Below, piece by piece: positions 54,804 through 64,000 of a DNA stretch of 64,000 nt (position 1 is its first letter; every line of letters starts with the position of its first letter). The notes under the pieces are model-generated. The model worked only from the letters and a program-made list of their open reading frames with translations, ran no database searches and was not told the origin of the DNA. The stretch comes from Naegleria gruberi (taxonomy: Eukaryota), in the NCBI GenBank assembly GCA_000004985.1, contig GG738851.1; one strand, given 5' to 3'. Position numbers and translations under genes: made by a program.

Positions 54804-56942
54804 ATGAAGAATCAATCAGGACCAGTAGCTACCATAGTAGGGCTGATACTACTTTCAACCTCCTCCTCTCCGAGTCATAATTACAAATCTATTAATTATT
54901 ATTATAAGAGTTTGATAATTTATTTAATATTTACGATTTTTCAAAGTTTAATAACAGTACATGCCCAACAAACATTTCCACCAACGTTAAATTATCAAGG
55001 CTATCAACTACTCCTTTCCAAGAATCAACTCCTCATCAGAGCAACTACCTCCACTCTACTCACTTCCAATAATTTGGGAGCAAGTCTTTCATCACCATCC
55101 GAAATTCAAGGTGGTTTTGTCATTCAGAATACTGTGTTTTATGTACAGAATGTTATTGGAGGAAGTTTTGAATTGGTAACTACCACTACTAGTGGTACAA
55201 ATAGTTCGAGTGTTGTTACATCCTTTTCTTCAGAGGCTATTCAACAGGGAAGAGTTTACTTTGTGCCAAATGTTGGATTGGATATTAATTTGAAACCTTC
55301 GTATAGTGTTTGGGCTCAAGGCTTGTTGGTCAATTCATCTACCTTACTTAGTGTTGCATTGTTAAATAGTACAACAATTTCGAGTGCTCAAGTGACCTTT
55401 ACGAGATGGAATACAGGATTGATTGGAGCTCCAAAACCAGTTGTGTTCAATAGGTCAAATTCAACTCACGTCATTATTGAAGTGAACATGTTCAAGAGAA
55501 ATATCGATGGACCTCCAGCTTCTTCCTTTATGGTTGGTCTAGCCAACAGTGCTACTTGTACCAGTGATTATAATACTGTATTGAACTCTCTGTCTGATGG
55601 TTTTGTAAAAAGTGCAGAGACTGAAACGTATCAGACCTTTGTCCTCATTCAGACAATTGCTGCTCACTTGGCCAATCCAAATGTTGTCAAGATTTCTAAG
55701 GGAATTTACATTGATGTTAGGGTTTCTGTATTTATGACTTATATGATTACAAATCCAGGCAGTTCATGTCAGAGAATTCAATATACGGAAGATTTAATTA
55801 CTCAAGCCAATTTGATAGCTCAACAGAATGGTAATTCTAATACTCCTCAAATGAGTCTCACTCCAACACGATTGATAGTTTCAGATTCGAGTCAGTTGCT
55901 ACTTTCACTTCTTCTCACTGTTACTGGTTTGAATACTGCAAATTTATTCAATTGGCAACTCACTGGTCCTAAAGCATTCACTCTCAATTATCCAATTTTG
56001 GCTGATGTCCAAGGAGATACCAAATATTGGCAATTTTCATTCGCATCCAACTCTGTATCAGATGGTGAGGATTTTAGTGGAACGTATACATTTAAATTCG
56101 AGGCACAAGTGAGTGGTGAAGCTACATCAAAATTTTACCAGCTCTCAATTACTCTGCAATATTCTATACCAGATGGTGAAGGTGTTTCAGGAGGAGGTGG
56201 ATTACCATTCGACACTGAAATTAACACTTATTATGATAATAATTTTGGTACAAATCAACCCCAGACTCAGATCAAGAAGACACAGCAAGCATTTATCAAA
56301 GTTTCCACAGTGCTCATTTCAACATCGTTGGGTACTGTCTCACCAATTCCAAGTTCAAAACAAATTGCGCCATACAACATATTTATTTGTTGCACCAAGA
56401 ATTTCCAGGCAATGCCATCCAATCAATGTAGACAATACGATGCAACCGTCATGACCTACCAGAAACAGCTGATGATCAATGGAACGATAAGTTCAGACTC
56501 TGATGTTGTTTCTAAATTCAAACTGAAATCTCCAGAGACTATTAAAGGAATCACAGATTGGGGTACTCTCAGACACATTTATGCATTCAGTATGTATATG
56601 ACTGCTCTTGTAACAGGAGTGGATAAGAGATGCTATCTTGCCATAGATACCTATTTGGTGAATGCTGACCTACCAGTTCTTAGAGGTTTGCAAGCTAACA
56701 CTCTCTCTGCAGCCTCTAACATTTCTACCTCAACCAGAGCTTTTGATTTGATTGAAGTGATTGCTGCAACTTCATCCTCCAAGAAACCACAAAAGAGTGT
56801 GCATGCATCTGCATCGAAAAAGAACGGATTTGGCTCTGTGGACTACATTTGTGATAGCAGTGCTCCATCTACCATGAGGTATAATTACCACATTGTAGTT
56901 GTGATAATCTTTACTTTGATATTGGTAAACGTTATCACTTAA
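54804..56942 (+). CDS. Hypothetical Ser/Thr-rich surface glycoprotein with a signal peptide and a C-terminal hydrophobic anchor
   Basis: A 712-aa ORF. The N-terminal signal contains VATIVGLILLSTSSS, there are many N-x-S/T sites, and the terminal helix is HIVVVIIFTLILVNVIT. Confidence 0.5.
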   Translation: MKNQSGPVATIVGLILLSTSSSPSHNYKSINYYYKSLIIYLIFTIFQSLITVHAQQTFPPTLNYQGYQLLLSKNQLLIRATTSTLLTSNNLGASLSSPSEIQGGFVIQNTVFYVQNVIGGSFELVTTTTSGTNSSSVVTSFSSEAIQQGRVYFVPNVGLDINLKPSYSVWAQGLLVNSSTLLSVALLNSTTISSAQVTFTRWNTGLIGAPKPVVFNRSNSTHVIIEVNMFKRNIDGPPASSFMVGLANSATCTSDYNTVLNSLSDGFVKSAETETYQTFVLIQTIAAHLANPNVVKISKGIYIDVRVSVFMTYMITNPGSSCQRIQYTEDLITQANLIAQQNGNSNTPQMSLTPTRLIVSDSSQLLLSLLLTVTGLNTANLFNWQLTGPKAFTLNYPILADVQGDTKYWQFSFASNSVSDGEDFSGTYTFKFEAQVSGEATSKFYQLSITLQYSIPDGEGVSGGGGLPFDTEINTYYDNNFGTNQPQTQIKKTQQAFIKVSTVLISTSLGTVSPIPSSKQIAPYNIFICCTKNFQAMPSNQCRQYDATVMTYQKQLMINGTISSDSDVVSKFKLKSPETIKGITDWGTLRHIYAFSMYMTALVTGVDKRCYLAIDTYLVNADLPVLRGLQANTLSAASNISTSTRAFDLIEVIAATSSSKKPQKSVHASASKKNGFGSVDYICDSSAPSTMRYNYHIVVVIIFTLILVNVIT

Positions 56943-56946
56943 TAAA

Positions 56947-58767
56947 TTAGTCAGTTACTACTTTATTCCTTTGGTTAAGCAATGCTATGCAACAGCGGTA
57001 AAGCAAAGCCAATCGTTCCTCAGAATCAAGAGCACAATTTTGAAAATCCAAACAATCAGGATATTTCTCGTAGAACGTTTTGCAATGTTCTTCAAATGGC
57101 ACACCATTGATTTGGATGCATTTGATAGCAAATTCAAATGCATCCCATTTTTCTTTAGTGATTCTGTTTGAATCAGTAATTATATCTGTGCATAAATCCT
57201 CTATTGTTGAAGCTCCCAAAATTGAAGGTTTGAAACATTTGACAGCAGTTTCTAGGATTCTTTCAAATTCCGAACTATTAGCATACCAATAAATAAATAA
57301 TGTTCTAATAGTCGACCTAACATGCTCTGCATAATAACTTATATCTCTATTTTTCTCATTCAATTTTTCCATCAACTTTTCCAAATCAAATGGCCCATAT
57401 TCCTCATAGAAATCCTTAAAATAATACATAATATTGCAATTGTAGGTTTTAAAAAACGATTCCACAAAATGTGAAGGTCCTACAAGTCCTTCAAAATATT
57501 CTAGCTCGTAAGGATCAAAATCGTTCACCAATTTGATTAATTTCATTGGATTTGCCTGTCTAAAAGTATAAGTATGCAAAATTCTCTTAATATCTGTCAT
57601 ATTTATCAATCCATGTTTGTATAACTCTTCTATTAACTCATAATCATTGACATTTCTGCATATTAAAAAAAGAATATTCTCTGAGAATAGTTCCATCTTG
57701 TCCACTTTCACAATCTCACAATATTTTCTTACAAATTCAAAGTTAAGATATGATGATGATTCACTTAAGTGGACAAGTCTGTTATTATGTCTATAACCAA
57801 AATTCTTCGTGCAACTGTCAAATATTTTGACGGACAAACCAGGATAAATAATTTCCATACAATTAAACCAACATTCCAATCCCAGCAGAGAACTTGCAAT
57901 ATGATGGAGAGGTATTTGAAGTTTGGATATGTCATTTGATTTTTCTACATTTCCATCAATGGAAATATATTCTTGGATGAATTTCAATAATTTTTCTTCG
58001 TCTTTGTGAATGACAATGTAATTAGCCAGCGAGTAATCATCCATTATCGGTTTGAATTTGTTGATAAATTCGATCGAATCATCGTATGTGAGTTCAGAAA
58101 TAGCAACATTGAATATGGATTTTGAGAAACGTTTCCAATAGTCTTGAGCTCTCAATCCTTCCATCACTCTGCCATCTTTTGTGAATTTCTTGGCATGCGA
58201 CAAGAAATATTGGGCTATAACTCCCGTGTGTATATATTCTACAACACTGGGTTGAAAATCTTTTGAGATTTCTTCTAATCCTTTGCTCATCATTAATGAA
58301 AAATTAGCATTCAAAGCAGACGGAATCAATTTCTTAAATCTCGTTCCAAAAACTGTTGATCTTTCCATTTCATCCTCGTCTCTATCCATAAACTCCATAA
58401 ACGAATGCTTGTTCACCTTCTTTTCATTCAAAATCTGAGTAGTGTGAAACTTTCTCGTCACATCCGCAAGATTCCTATAAATTTTGTATTGTGTAGAGTT
58501 TTTAGCACAAGATTCCATCATCTTTTCATAATAATCAATTTTTAATAGCAACCAATTGGATAGCAGTGTTTTCCAGACCATTTCAAACCGATCCAATTGA
58601 TACCAATTTTTACAAGTCAACACACAGGATAGACCGTCCTTCAAACCAATATATTCCATCACGTGAAAGAGAGTGTCCGGGTGAAGTTCATGTTGTGGCA
58701 TTTTTTTTTTCTGTTGTAAATGATTTCTTCCACTGGTCAACCCAAAACCAATGCAAATTGTCTGCAT
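56947..58767 (-). CDS. Hypothetical F-box-like domain protein
   Basis: The N-terminus PDTLFHVMEYIGLKDGLSCVLTCKNWYQL fits the F-box pattern. The remainder is helical and unassigned. Confidence 0.5.
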   Translation of the reverse strand: MQTICIGFGLTSGRNHLQQKKKMPQHELHPDTLFHVMEYIGLKDGLSCVLTCKNWYQLDRFEMVWKTLLSNWLLLKIDYYEKMMESCAKNSTQYKIYRNLADVTRKFHTTQILNEKKVNKHSFMEFMDRDEDEMERSTVFGTRFKKLIPSALNANFSLMMSKGLEEISKDFQPSVVEYIHTGVIAQYFLSHAKKFTKDGRVMEGLRAQDYWKRFSKSIFNVAISELTYDDSIEFINKFKPIMDDYSLANYIVIHKDEEKLLKFIQEYISIDGNVEKSNDISKLQIPLHHIASSLLGLECWFNCMEIIYPGLSVKIFDSCTKNFGYRHNNRLVHLSESSSYLNFEFVRKYCEIVKVDKMELFSENILFLICRNVNDYELIEELYKHGLINMTDIKRILHTYTFRQANPMKLIKLVNDFDPYELEYFEGLVGPSHFVESFFKTYNCNIMYYFKDFYEEYGPFDLEKLMEKLNEKNRDISYYAEHVRSTIRTLFIYWYANSSEFERILETAVKCFKPSILGASTIEDLCTDIITDSNRITKEKWDAFEFAIKCIQINGVPFEEHCKTFYEKYPDCLDFQNCALDSEERLALLYRCCIALLNQRNKVVTD

Positions 58768-58777
58768 CTAAAATTGC

Positions 58778-60121
58778 TTATAATTGAGTTGGTGGCGAGG
58801 AGGTCTCTGGAGTGAAGAGAGTATTTATAAAGTTATTCCTATTACTGGGAAGAGAATTTGAAAGCAGTTCTTCATTGCTGATGATTGAAGAGGGCGAGTT
58901 GAGTGTTGAAAGATAATAGGGCGATATTGGTGTTGTTGATTGCTTTGATTGATTTGCCAGTTTGAGGACACCACTATTGGTAGAAGATTTTGGTTCCTTG
59001 TAGGTTGAAACTGTGGTTATAGTATCAGTTTCTTGTTGTTTCTTTTTCATTTCGAATGAAATATTGTCAAGTGGTCCAAATGCAAACGTTACCAGAAGGC
59101 ACAATATTCCAATAGATACTTTGTGGATAATAGAGGAAGCAAGAAGGATTTTGGCTGGAGAGAATATAATTTTCAACATTAGTATTATATTTGAAATAAT
59201 ATTCAAGAGTGAAGTTAATAATTGTCCTATTGAAAGTGCAATCAATTTACGACAAGCTGTTTTTCTCTCCTTAGAGATGGGTCTATTTTCTGGCAAGAGT
59301 TTCCTTACCAGAGCCCCTACGCTTACTACATTCAAAATTGTGAAATATAACATTCCTAATGAAACAAATAATCCTAATGTAGAACTGACAGTCTCGGCCT
59401 GTTCACTTATCAAGATGGTCATTGCTGTTTCTGCATATCTTAGCATGAATAGTGTGCATACAGTTACAATAAAGAGCAGCAGTAAAATGTTTAGAATAAT
59501 CACAAGAGAAATACTCGAAATTTTGACAAACTTTCCCCAAGTTTGATTCATTCGATTTTTCCTCATCCAAGATTGTGTCTTATTGAAATAAATATTGTAA
59601 ATTATCTTTGCTATGGTAGCCTGACTGTTCATACACAGAGTTACAGAAATCATCATGCCAGACGTTTCAAAGGCATGAAAAAATGTCCAAAACCAACCCT
59701 GCATTGCAGTGATTAATCCAACCGTGTATGTTATTCCAAAACATTGAAAAACTATTTGATTAAGACAAATAAGTATCAATAGAATGTACAACAATCTCTT
59801 ATTAAATACCATATGCTTCCACTTTGATACAAGTAGAAATCCCATCGGCAATAGAAGAACCATAAAGAAGAGAAGACCTGTAATATGCACTCCGAGAATT
59901 CCATAAATACAATCGTCGATTGATGATGGTTGTATCATTACGGAGCTATTGAATCCATATTGTGATGAATTAAAGAATGAAGAAGATAATGATGATGATG
60001 GCGGTTGTGGCAAATTGATAGAAATCAACATTAAATTTCTTTTTAAAATTCTTTTTAATTTGATTTGTACTAATATTGACAAAAAACTTACAGAGATATT
60101 GACTGGTAGTGAAGACCTCAA
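58778..60121 (-). CDS. Seven-transmembrane receptor-like protein with a Ser/Thr-rich C-terminal tail
   Basis: Seven hydrophobic helices lie between residues about 70 and 350, followed by a long S/T/P-rich tail. The true start may be the internal Met of MIQPSSIDD. Confidence 0.5.
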   Translation of the reverse strand: MRSSLPVNISVSFLSILVQIKLKRILKRNLMLISINLPQPPSSSLSSSFFNSSQYGFNSSVMIQPSSIDDCIYGILGVHITGLLFFMVLLLPMGFLLVSKWKHMVFNKRLLYILLILICLNQIVFQCFGITYTVGLITAMQGWFWTFFHAFETSGMMISVTLCMNSQATIAKIIYNIYFNKTQSWMRKNRMNQTWGKFVKISSISLVIILNILLLLFIVTVCTLFMLRYAETAMTILISEQAETVSSTLGLFVSLGMLYFTILNVVSVGALVRKLLPENRPISKERKTACRKLIALSIGQLLTSLLNIISNIILMLKIIFSPAKILLASSIIHKVSIGILCLLVTFAFGPLDNISFEMKKKQQETDTITTVSTYKEPKSSTNSGVLKLANQSKQSTTPISPYYLSTLNSPSSIISNEELLSNSLPSNRNNFINTLFTPETSSPPTQL

Positions 60122-60151
60122 ATTATAAGAAAAATAATATCAAAAAGCACA

Positions 60152-60226
60152 TGCTACCCGCGCGGATCGAACGCACATCTTCTTACTCCCGATAAGCAAG
60201 ACGCCCTACCATTAGACCAGAGCAGC
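60152..60226 (-). tRNA. Atypical tRNA-like gene with an 11-nt region between the anticodon-stem halves. The anticodon is ambiguous; TAT (Ile) with a 4-nt insertion is one reading, and a 6-bp stem with a 9-nt loop is another.
   Basis: The minus-strand sequence is GCTGCTCTGGTCTAATGGTAGGGCGTCTTGCTTATCGGGAGTAAGAAGATGTGCGTTCGATCCGCGCGGGTAGCA. The acceptor, D arm and T arm (GTGCG-TTCGATC-CGCGC) are canonical. The anticodon stem is TCTTG/TAAGA and encloses CTTATCGGGAG. Confidence 0.5.
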
Positions 60227-60262
60227 TAACGAATAATTTCTAAAAATAGGTGGATACTTCAT

Positions 60263-61615
60263 TCAAGCATTAAGATACTCCATCAAAAAGAAAAACCACA
60301 GTGGAACTGTGTTGTGCTCCAATAATTTGGAGCTAATCTCAATATAGGGAACTGTGTGTGTAGCCAATCGATTGTAGAGTCTTTGATTTGTAATCTTGTA
60401 TTCTGAACTGTGATCTGACTGCATACCAACAATGGCCATGATACATGAGGGGACTAACTTTCTAACCTGCTCTATAAAGAAACGAATATTTAGTAAGGTG
60501 GCTTTGCTTGTCAAGTCAAAAGCAATGATGCAATATTTGGAATCATTCAAAAAAGAATTTCTTGGTACGTATATTTGTTCTCCTCCTGCCCAGTCCCATA
60601 ATGCAATGTTCAAGCTTTCAGTCTGATTCAATTGTGTTGACAAATTGAAAACTGAGACAGTACAACCAATGGTTGGTAAATACTTTTGGTGTGGTTTGAA
60701 TTTTGAAACATCTAAGGATTTACAAAATGTTGTCTTGCCAACTGCACCACAGCCCAAAACACAACACTTTGCCAACTTGATATCCTTCCACTTGGAAAAG
60801 GTTTCATCGGTGAGTGAAAATTTTCTAACTCTAAGGAGAGCTGCTTCCTCTTCCACAATCTTCTTACCACTATTCTTCAGGAAGGATTTGTAAACTTGAA
60901 ATTGTTTCATCAAACTCTCGAATAATAATAAATCATCGGGTTGATGAGTCTTATCTGCCACTGTGGATGATGATGAAGAATTATCATCCTCTTTCAAATT
61001 CAAGACAATGTGTTGCCATAGACCCTTTTCACTCCACTCCTTCTCACACTCCTTCAACATGTTCATAACATATTGTTGAAAGCAAAATTCGTAGAATCCA
61101 ACTTTTTCTGCAGCCAAGTCTAGGAAGGATTCTGAAGTTGGTGGCTTATTCTCTTCAAAATCATCATCACCATCCTCTTGATATTTCATCAATGCTAGCC
61201 AATATAAATCACTCTCTGTATAATTAATACTAATATTCAATGATGTCTTATGGTTCTGCAACTTGATGATTTTCCTTTGGATATACTCTTCGACAAGTCT
61301 TCGGGAAAGCTTACAACACTTGGAGATGCCAAAAAACAAATCCAAAGGATTGAGAAACTCCAATATTGAAAACAACCATACATCATTATTAATTCCCATC
61401 AATTCGTGTTGTTCATCCTTTTCCTCGTTGTCGGCTTTTATTCTTAAGCTTGATTCTGTATTGTTCTTGTTATTCATCCTCCTATTTTTTAATGCAAGCT
61501 TGAAGGTTGTGGATTTTAAGAGGAGGTGTGAGATTGCCAAGTTGTTGTTGGTGTTACATGGAGTGTTGATGAAGAATTCTTTTTTGTTGAATTGTTTCTT
61601 CTTTTTCACCGCCAA
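60263..61615 (-). CDS. Protein with an F-box-like N-terminal region and a C-terminal Ras-superfamily GTPase domain with a degenerate G4 motif
   Basis: The N-terminal region is DVWLFSILEFLNPLDLFFGISKCCKLSRRL. The GTPase G1 is CVLGCGAVGKTTF, G3 is WDWAGGEQ, and the G4 position reads VGMQSD instead of NKxD. Confidence 0.55.
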   Translation of the reverse strand: MAVKKKKQFNKKEFFINTPCNTNNNLAISHLLLKSTTFKLALKNRRMNNKNNTESSLRIKADNEEKDEQHELMGINNDVWLFSILEFLNPLDLFFGISKCCKLSRRLVEEYIQRKIIKLQNHKTSLNISINYTESDLYWLALMKYQEDGDDDFEENKPPTSESFLDLAAEKVGFYEFCFQQYVMNMLKECEKEWSEKGLWQHIVLNLKEDDNSSSSSTVADKTHQPDDLLLFESLMKQFQVYKSFLKNSGKKIVEEEAALLRVRKFSLTDETFSKWKDIKLAKCCVLGCGAVGKTTFCKSLDVSKFKPHQKYLPTIGCTVSVFNLSTQLNQTESLNIALWDWAGGEQIYVPRNSFLNDSKYCIIAFDLTSKATLLNIRFFIEQVRKLVPSCIMAIVGMQSDHSSEYKITNQRLYNRLATHTVPYIEISSKLLEHNTVPLWFFFLMEYLNA

Positions 61616-61768
61616 ACTAACCGTTAGACCGGTTATTAAATATTTTAATTTTTAAAATAAAAAAAATGTAAATGTATCATCACTTCCTAATGGAAGTAAT
61701 ACTTCAATTGTCATTGAGCGGATAGTTTGCTCATACCGCACGACAATGCAAATAACAAAGAAGAAAAA

Positions 61769-63586
61769 ATGTTGATGATCCTATTGGTGGCCTTGATGGT
61801 CATTGTTATTTCTCTGATGATCAACATTGCCTTCAAACTTTATAATAATTATAAGAAGGGTATGTTGTTTTTTCTTTTCAAAATTTAATGATGATTAATT
61901 TTACCAAAATCGATTGGTTACCACAGTTGCTCATATTCCTGGTACTTTTCAATTGACATTTACTCCGTGGAGAATTCCTTTAATTTCACCTGTTTGGTAT
62001 TTGGGAAATGTTGGTACAATTGTTGATGATGTTAGAAAGTATGGTGATGCTGAGAATAAAATCATGAGAATTACTTATCCTGATGCTAATATGGTGCTAG
62101 TTTCTGATCCAGACATGTTGAAAGAGTTCTACCTGACCAAGGGAAATACATTTGACAAGTCGAGTTATGTCTATGACATGTTCAATGTTTATGGAGAGAG
62201 TATCTTGTCAGCTAAAGATACCGAAACATGGAGAAAGCATTTCAAGTAAGTTTTACAATTTTTTACAACAATTTGTGTAATTAACTGATTATAGAGTTGT
62301 TTCACCTGCATTCTCTCCAAAGAATTTGCAATACATGTGTAAGGTTTGCATTGACAGTTCAAAATTATTATTCAACAGATGGGAATCAAAATTGAAAGGA
62401 AAGGAATATTTCATATTGGATTTAGGTGATTTCCCAGATGTTACATTGGATGTTCTTGGAACTAGTGCTTTTGGTATTGATTTTGGCACTTTTTCAGGTG
62501 AACACAACACATCAGAATCAAAATTCAGAAGAGCAATGGAAAAGGTAATTTCACATCAATTCCTAATTAGAAGATTCTTTTTAGAGGTTCCATGGCTTTG
62601 CAAGTTTTTGGAGAGTGTTACTGGAGCAGGAGAAGCAACCAAGTTTTGTGGAGATTATTTGGATAAGGTCATTAAGGATAGAACAAAATTGGTAGAGAGC
62701 TATACTTCATCAACAACTGACGATGAGAAAAAGCATGATGTGTTTACATTGTTAGTGGAGGCTAACATTCTTGACAAGCAATTGACAGATGGAGAATTGA
62801 AGAGTAATGCCTTGATTTTCTCGTAAGTATTATTAATATTTGTATATTTATCAAATACGTATAGAGCTGCTGGACATGAAGTAAGTATCAATTAGATTTC
62901 ACATTCTCATTTTAAATACCATAATAATAGACAACTGCAACCTTACTAAAGTGGACCTTTTATGAAATCTCTAAAAGACCTGAAGTTCAAAACAAAATGT
63001 ATCAAGAAATTGTGGAAAAAATTGGTGATCGTCCAATAGAATACGAAGATTTTGGTAAGATGGACTATGTTTACTCTACCATTCTAGAGGTGTTGAGATT
63101 TAACCCTCCTGTCGTTTGGGTCTCTCGAGAATGTAACAAGAGCACAACTATTGGAAAGTATCACATTCCAAAAGGAACCAGAGTAAATGCTCTCATCAAA
63201 CAAGCTCACAGTAATGAAAAGAATTGGACCAGGCCAGAAGAATTCAATCCAGAACGTCTCTTCAACAATCCAGAGCTCAGAGACAAGGTTCAACAGGATA
63301 TGTCATTCATTGGATTTTCTATGGGAAATCGTAAATGTAAGTGTTTAGATTATCATATTTTTTTACTAATTTAAACAATCCAAACAAATGGACAAATACC
63401 ACATCTCTAGGTATTGGATATAAATTTGCTTTATTAGAAGCAATGATGCTTATTTGCACATTCTTAAAGAGCTATGAATTTAAATTGGAAAATGATGAAA
63501 CTATTGATCCAGTCCTACCAAAGAAAGGTATCGTAAATGTTCCAGGTGATAACATGAGAATCAGAGTCTTCCACAGAACCAAATAA
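61769..63586 (+). CDS. Cytochrome P450 monooxygenase with six exons, at 61769..61859, 61927..62245, 62295..62822, 62865..62880, 62931..63336 and 63411..63586
   Basis: All five introns have GTAAGT or GTATGT donors and YAG acceptors, and each restores the frame. The lengths are 67, 49, 42, 50 and 74 nt. The I-helix motif AAGHETT is assembled from exon 4 (16 nt) plus exon 5. The K-helix reads EVLRFNPP. The heme-binding motif FSMGNRKC|IGYKFALLE spans intron 5. The N-terminal membrane anchor is MLMILLVALMVIVISLMI. Confidence 0.8.
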
Positions 63587-63739
63587 ACCAAATTTAAATT
63601 TCAACAACTATTACAATAATTGTACTCTAAATCCAATCACCAGCCACAATCCACGTAAAACACGTGTTCTTCCATTGTTATTCCAAATTAAAAGCAACCA
63701 TTGTTAACCATTTCTTAATTATTCCAAATATCAAAAAAA

Positions 63740-64000
63740 ATGAAACCCAACTTGTTTCTTCTGGCAATCTACCTGTGTGGTGTCTTGCTATTCGTATCAT
63801 CCATTGATCCGAGTGAAGAAAAGCCAACCATGATCCTATTCCACACTGATCTCAATTCATCCGATTCAAGATTGGTGTTACATGCCAATGGATCAGCCAC
63901 TGTTGAGAGAATATTTTCCATTAACGACATGGAAATGATTAAAGCCTTTGTTGATCAAGATAGGATGCAAATTAGATTGGATGGATTATCATCATGGATT
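63740..64000 (+). CDS. Hypothetical secreted protein, 3' end outside window
   Basis: The ATG at 63740 is followed by the signal-like MKPNLFLLAIYLCGVLLFVSS. The frame is open to the window end. Confidence 0.35.
   Translation, partial: MKPNLFLLAIYLCGVLLFVSSIDPSEEKPTMILFHTDLNSSDSRLVLHANGSATVERIFSINDMEMIKAFVDQDRMQIRLDGLSSWI

Noticed and set aside
60060-60121. Possible 5' intron in the 7TM gene (CTCTGTAAGT on the minus strand after codon 10)
   Set aside because: No in-frame acceptor exists downstream that would preserve the long ORF. The GTAAGT is probably coincidental, and the true start is more likely the internal Met of MIQPSSIDD.
1-64000. Prokaryotic-style interpretation (operons, defence islands, RBS or terminator calls)
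   Set aside because: The sequence is clearly eukaryotic nuclear DNA, with spliceosomal introns, eukaryotic-type tRNAs and eukaryotic domain architectures. Calls of promoters, terminators or operons from bacterial models would be meaningless here.

Overview
This window is AT-rich eukaryotic nuclear DNA, not a prokaryotic locus. The supporting evidence is as follows. Several genes only make sense after removing short GT-AG introns (42-128 nt, donors mostly GTAAGT, GTGAGT or GTATGT). Pol III-type tRNA genes lack an encoded CCA. Proteins such as the cytochrome P450, kinase-WD40, calpains, ARF-like GTPase and F-box/LRR proteins are typical of eukaryotes. The organism cannot be named from the sequence alone; the gene content is reminiscent of an amoeboid protist or early-diverging fungus. 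The window is gene-dense, roughly one gene per 1.2-1.5 kb on both strands, mostly single-exon genes. I describe about 45 protein-coding genes, 7 tRNA genes (two identical Lys-CTT copies, Trp-CCA, Ile-AAT, Val-TAC, Pro-TGG, and one atypical tRNA-like gene), two tRNA 3'-half remnants, a degenerate inverted LRR pseudogene, a histone H3-like remnant, and two coding tandem-repeat arrays. The most unusual content is listed here. (1) Two calpain genes have novel N-terminal fusions: one carries two tandem VHL beta-domain-like repeats, and the other is joined to a TPR domain through a 44-nt intron. (2) A cluster of F-box-like/LRR genes (32.9-41.9 kb) includes one member built from about 14 near-identical 72-bp repeats with a frameshift. 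The cluster is interleaved with tRNA genes, a duplicated tRNA-Lys carrying a conserved 5' flank, and tRNA 3'-half fragments. (3) There is a 7TM protein with a C-terminal RGS-like domain. (4) Two adjacent genes encode secreted tyrosine-rich repeat proteins. (5) A bacterial-type PARG/DUF2263 macrodomain protein is present. (6) An ARF-like GTPase has its catalytic Gln replaced by Lys. (7) A P450 gene has six exons, including a 16-nt micro-exon. All functional calls come from motif recognition by eye and none was checked against a database. In the supplied ORF track, end coordinates include the stop codon, and some ORFs begin at non-ATG codons.
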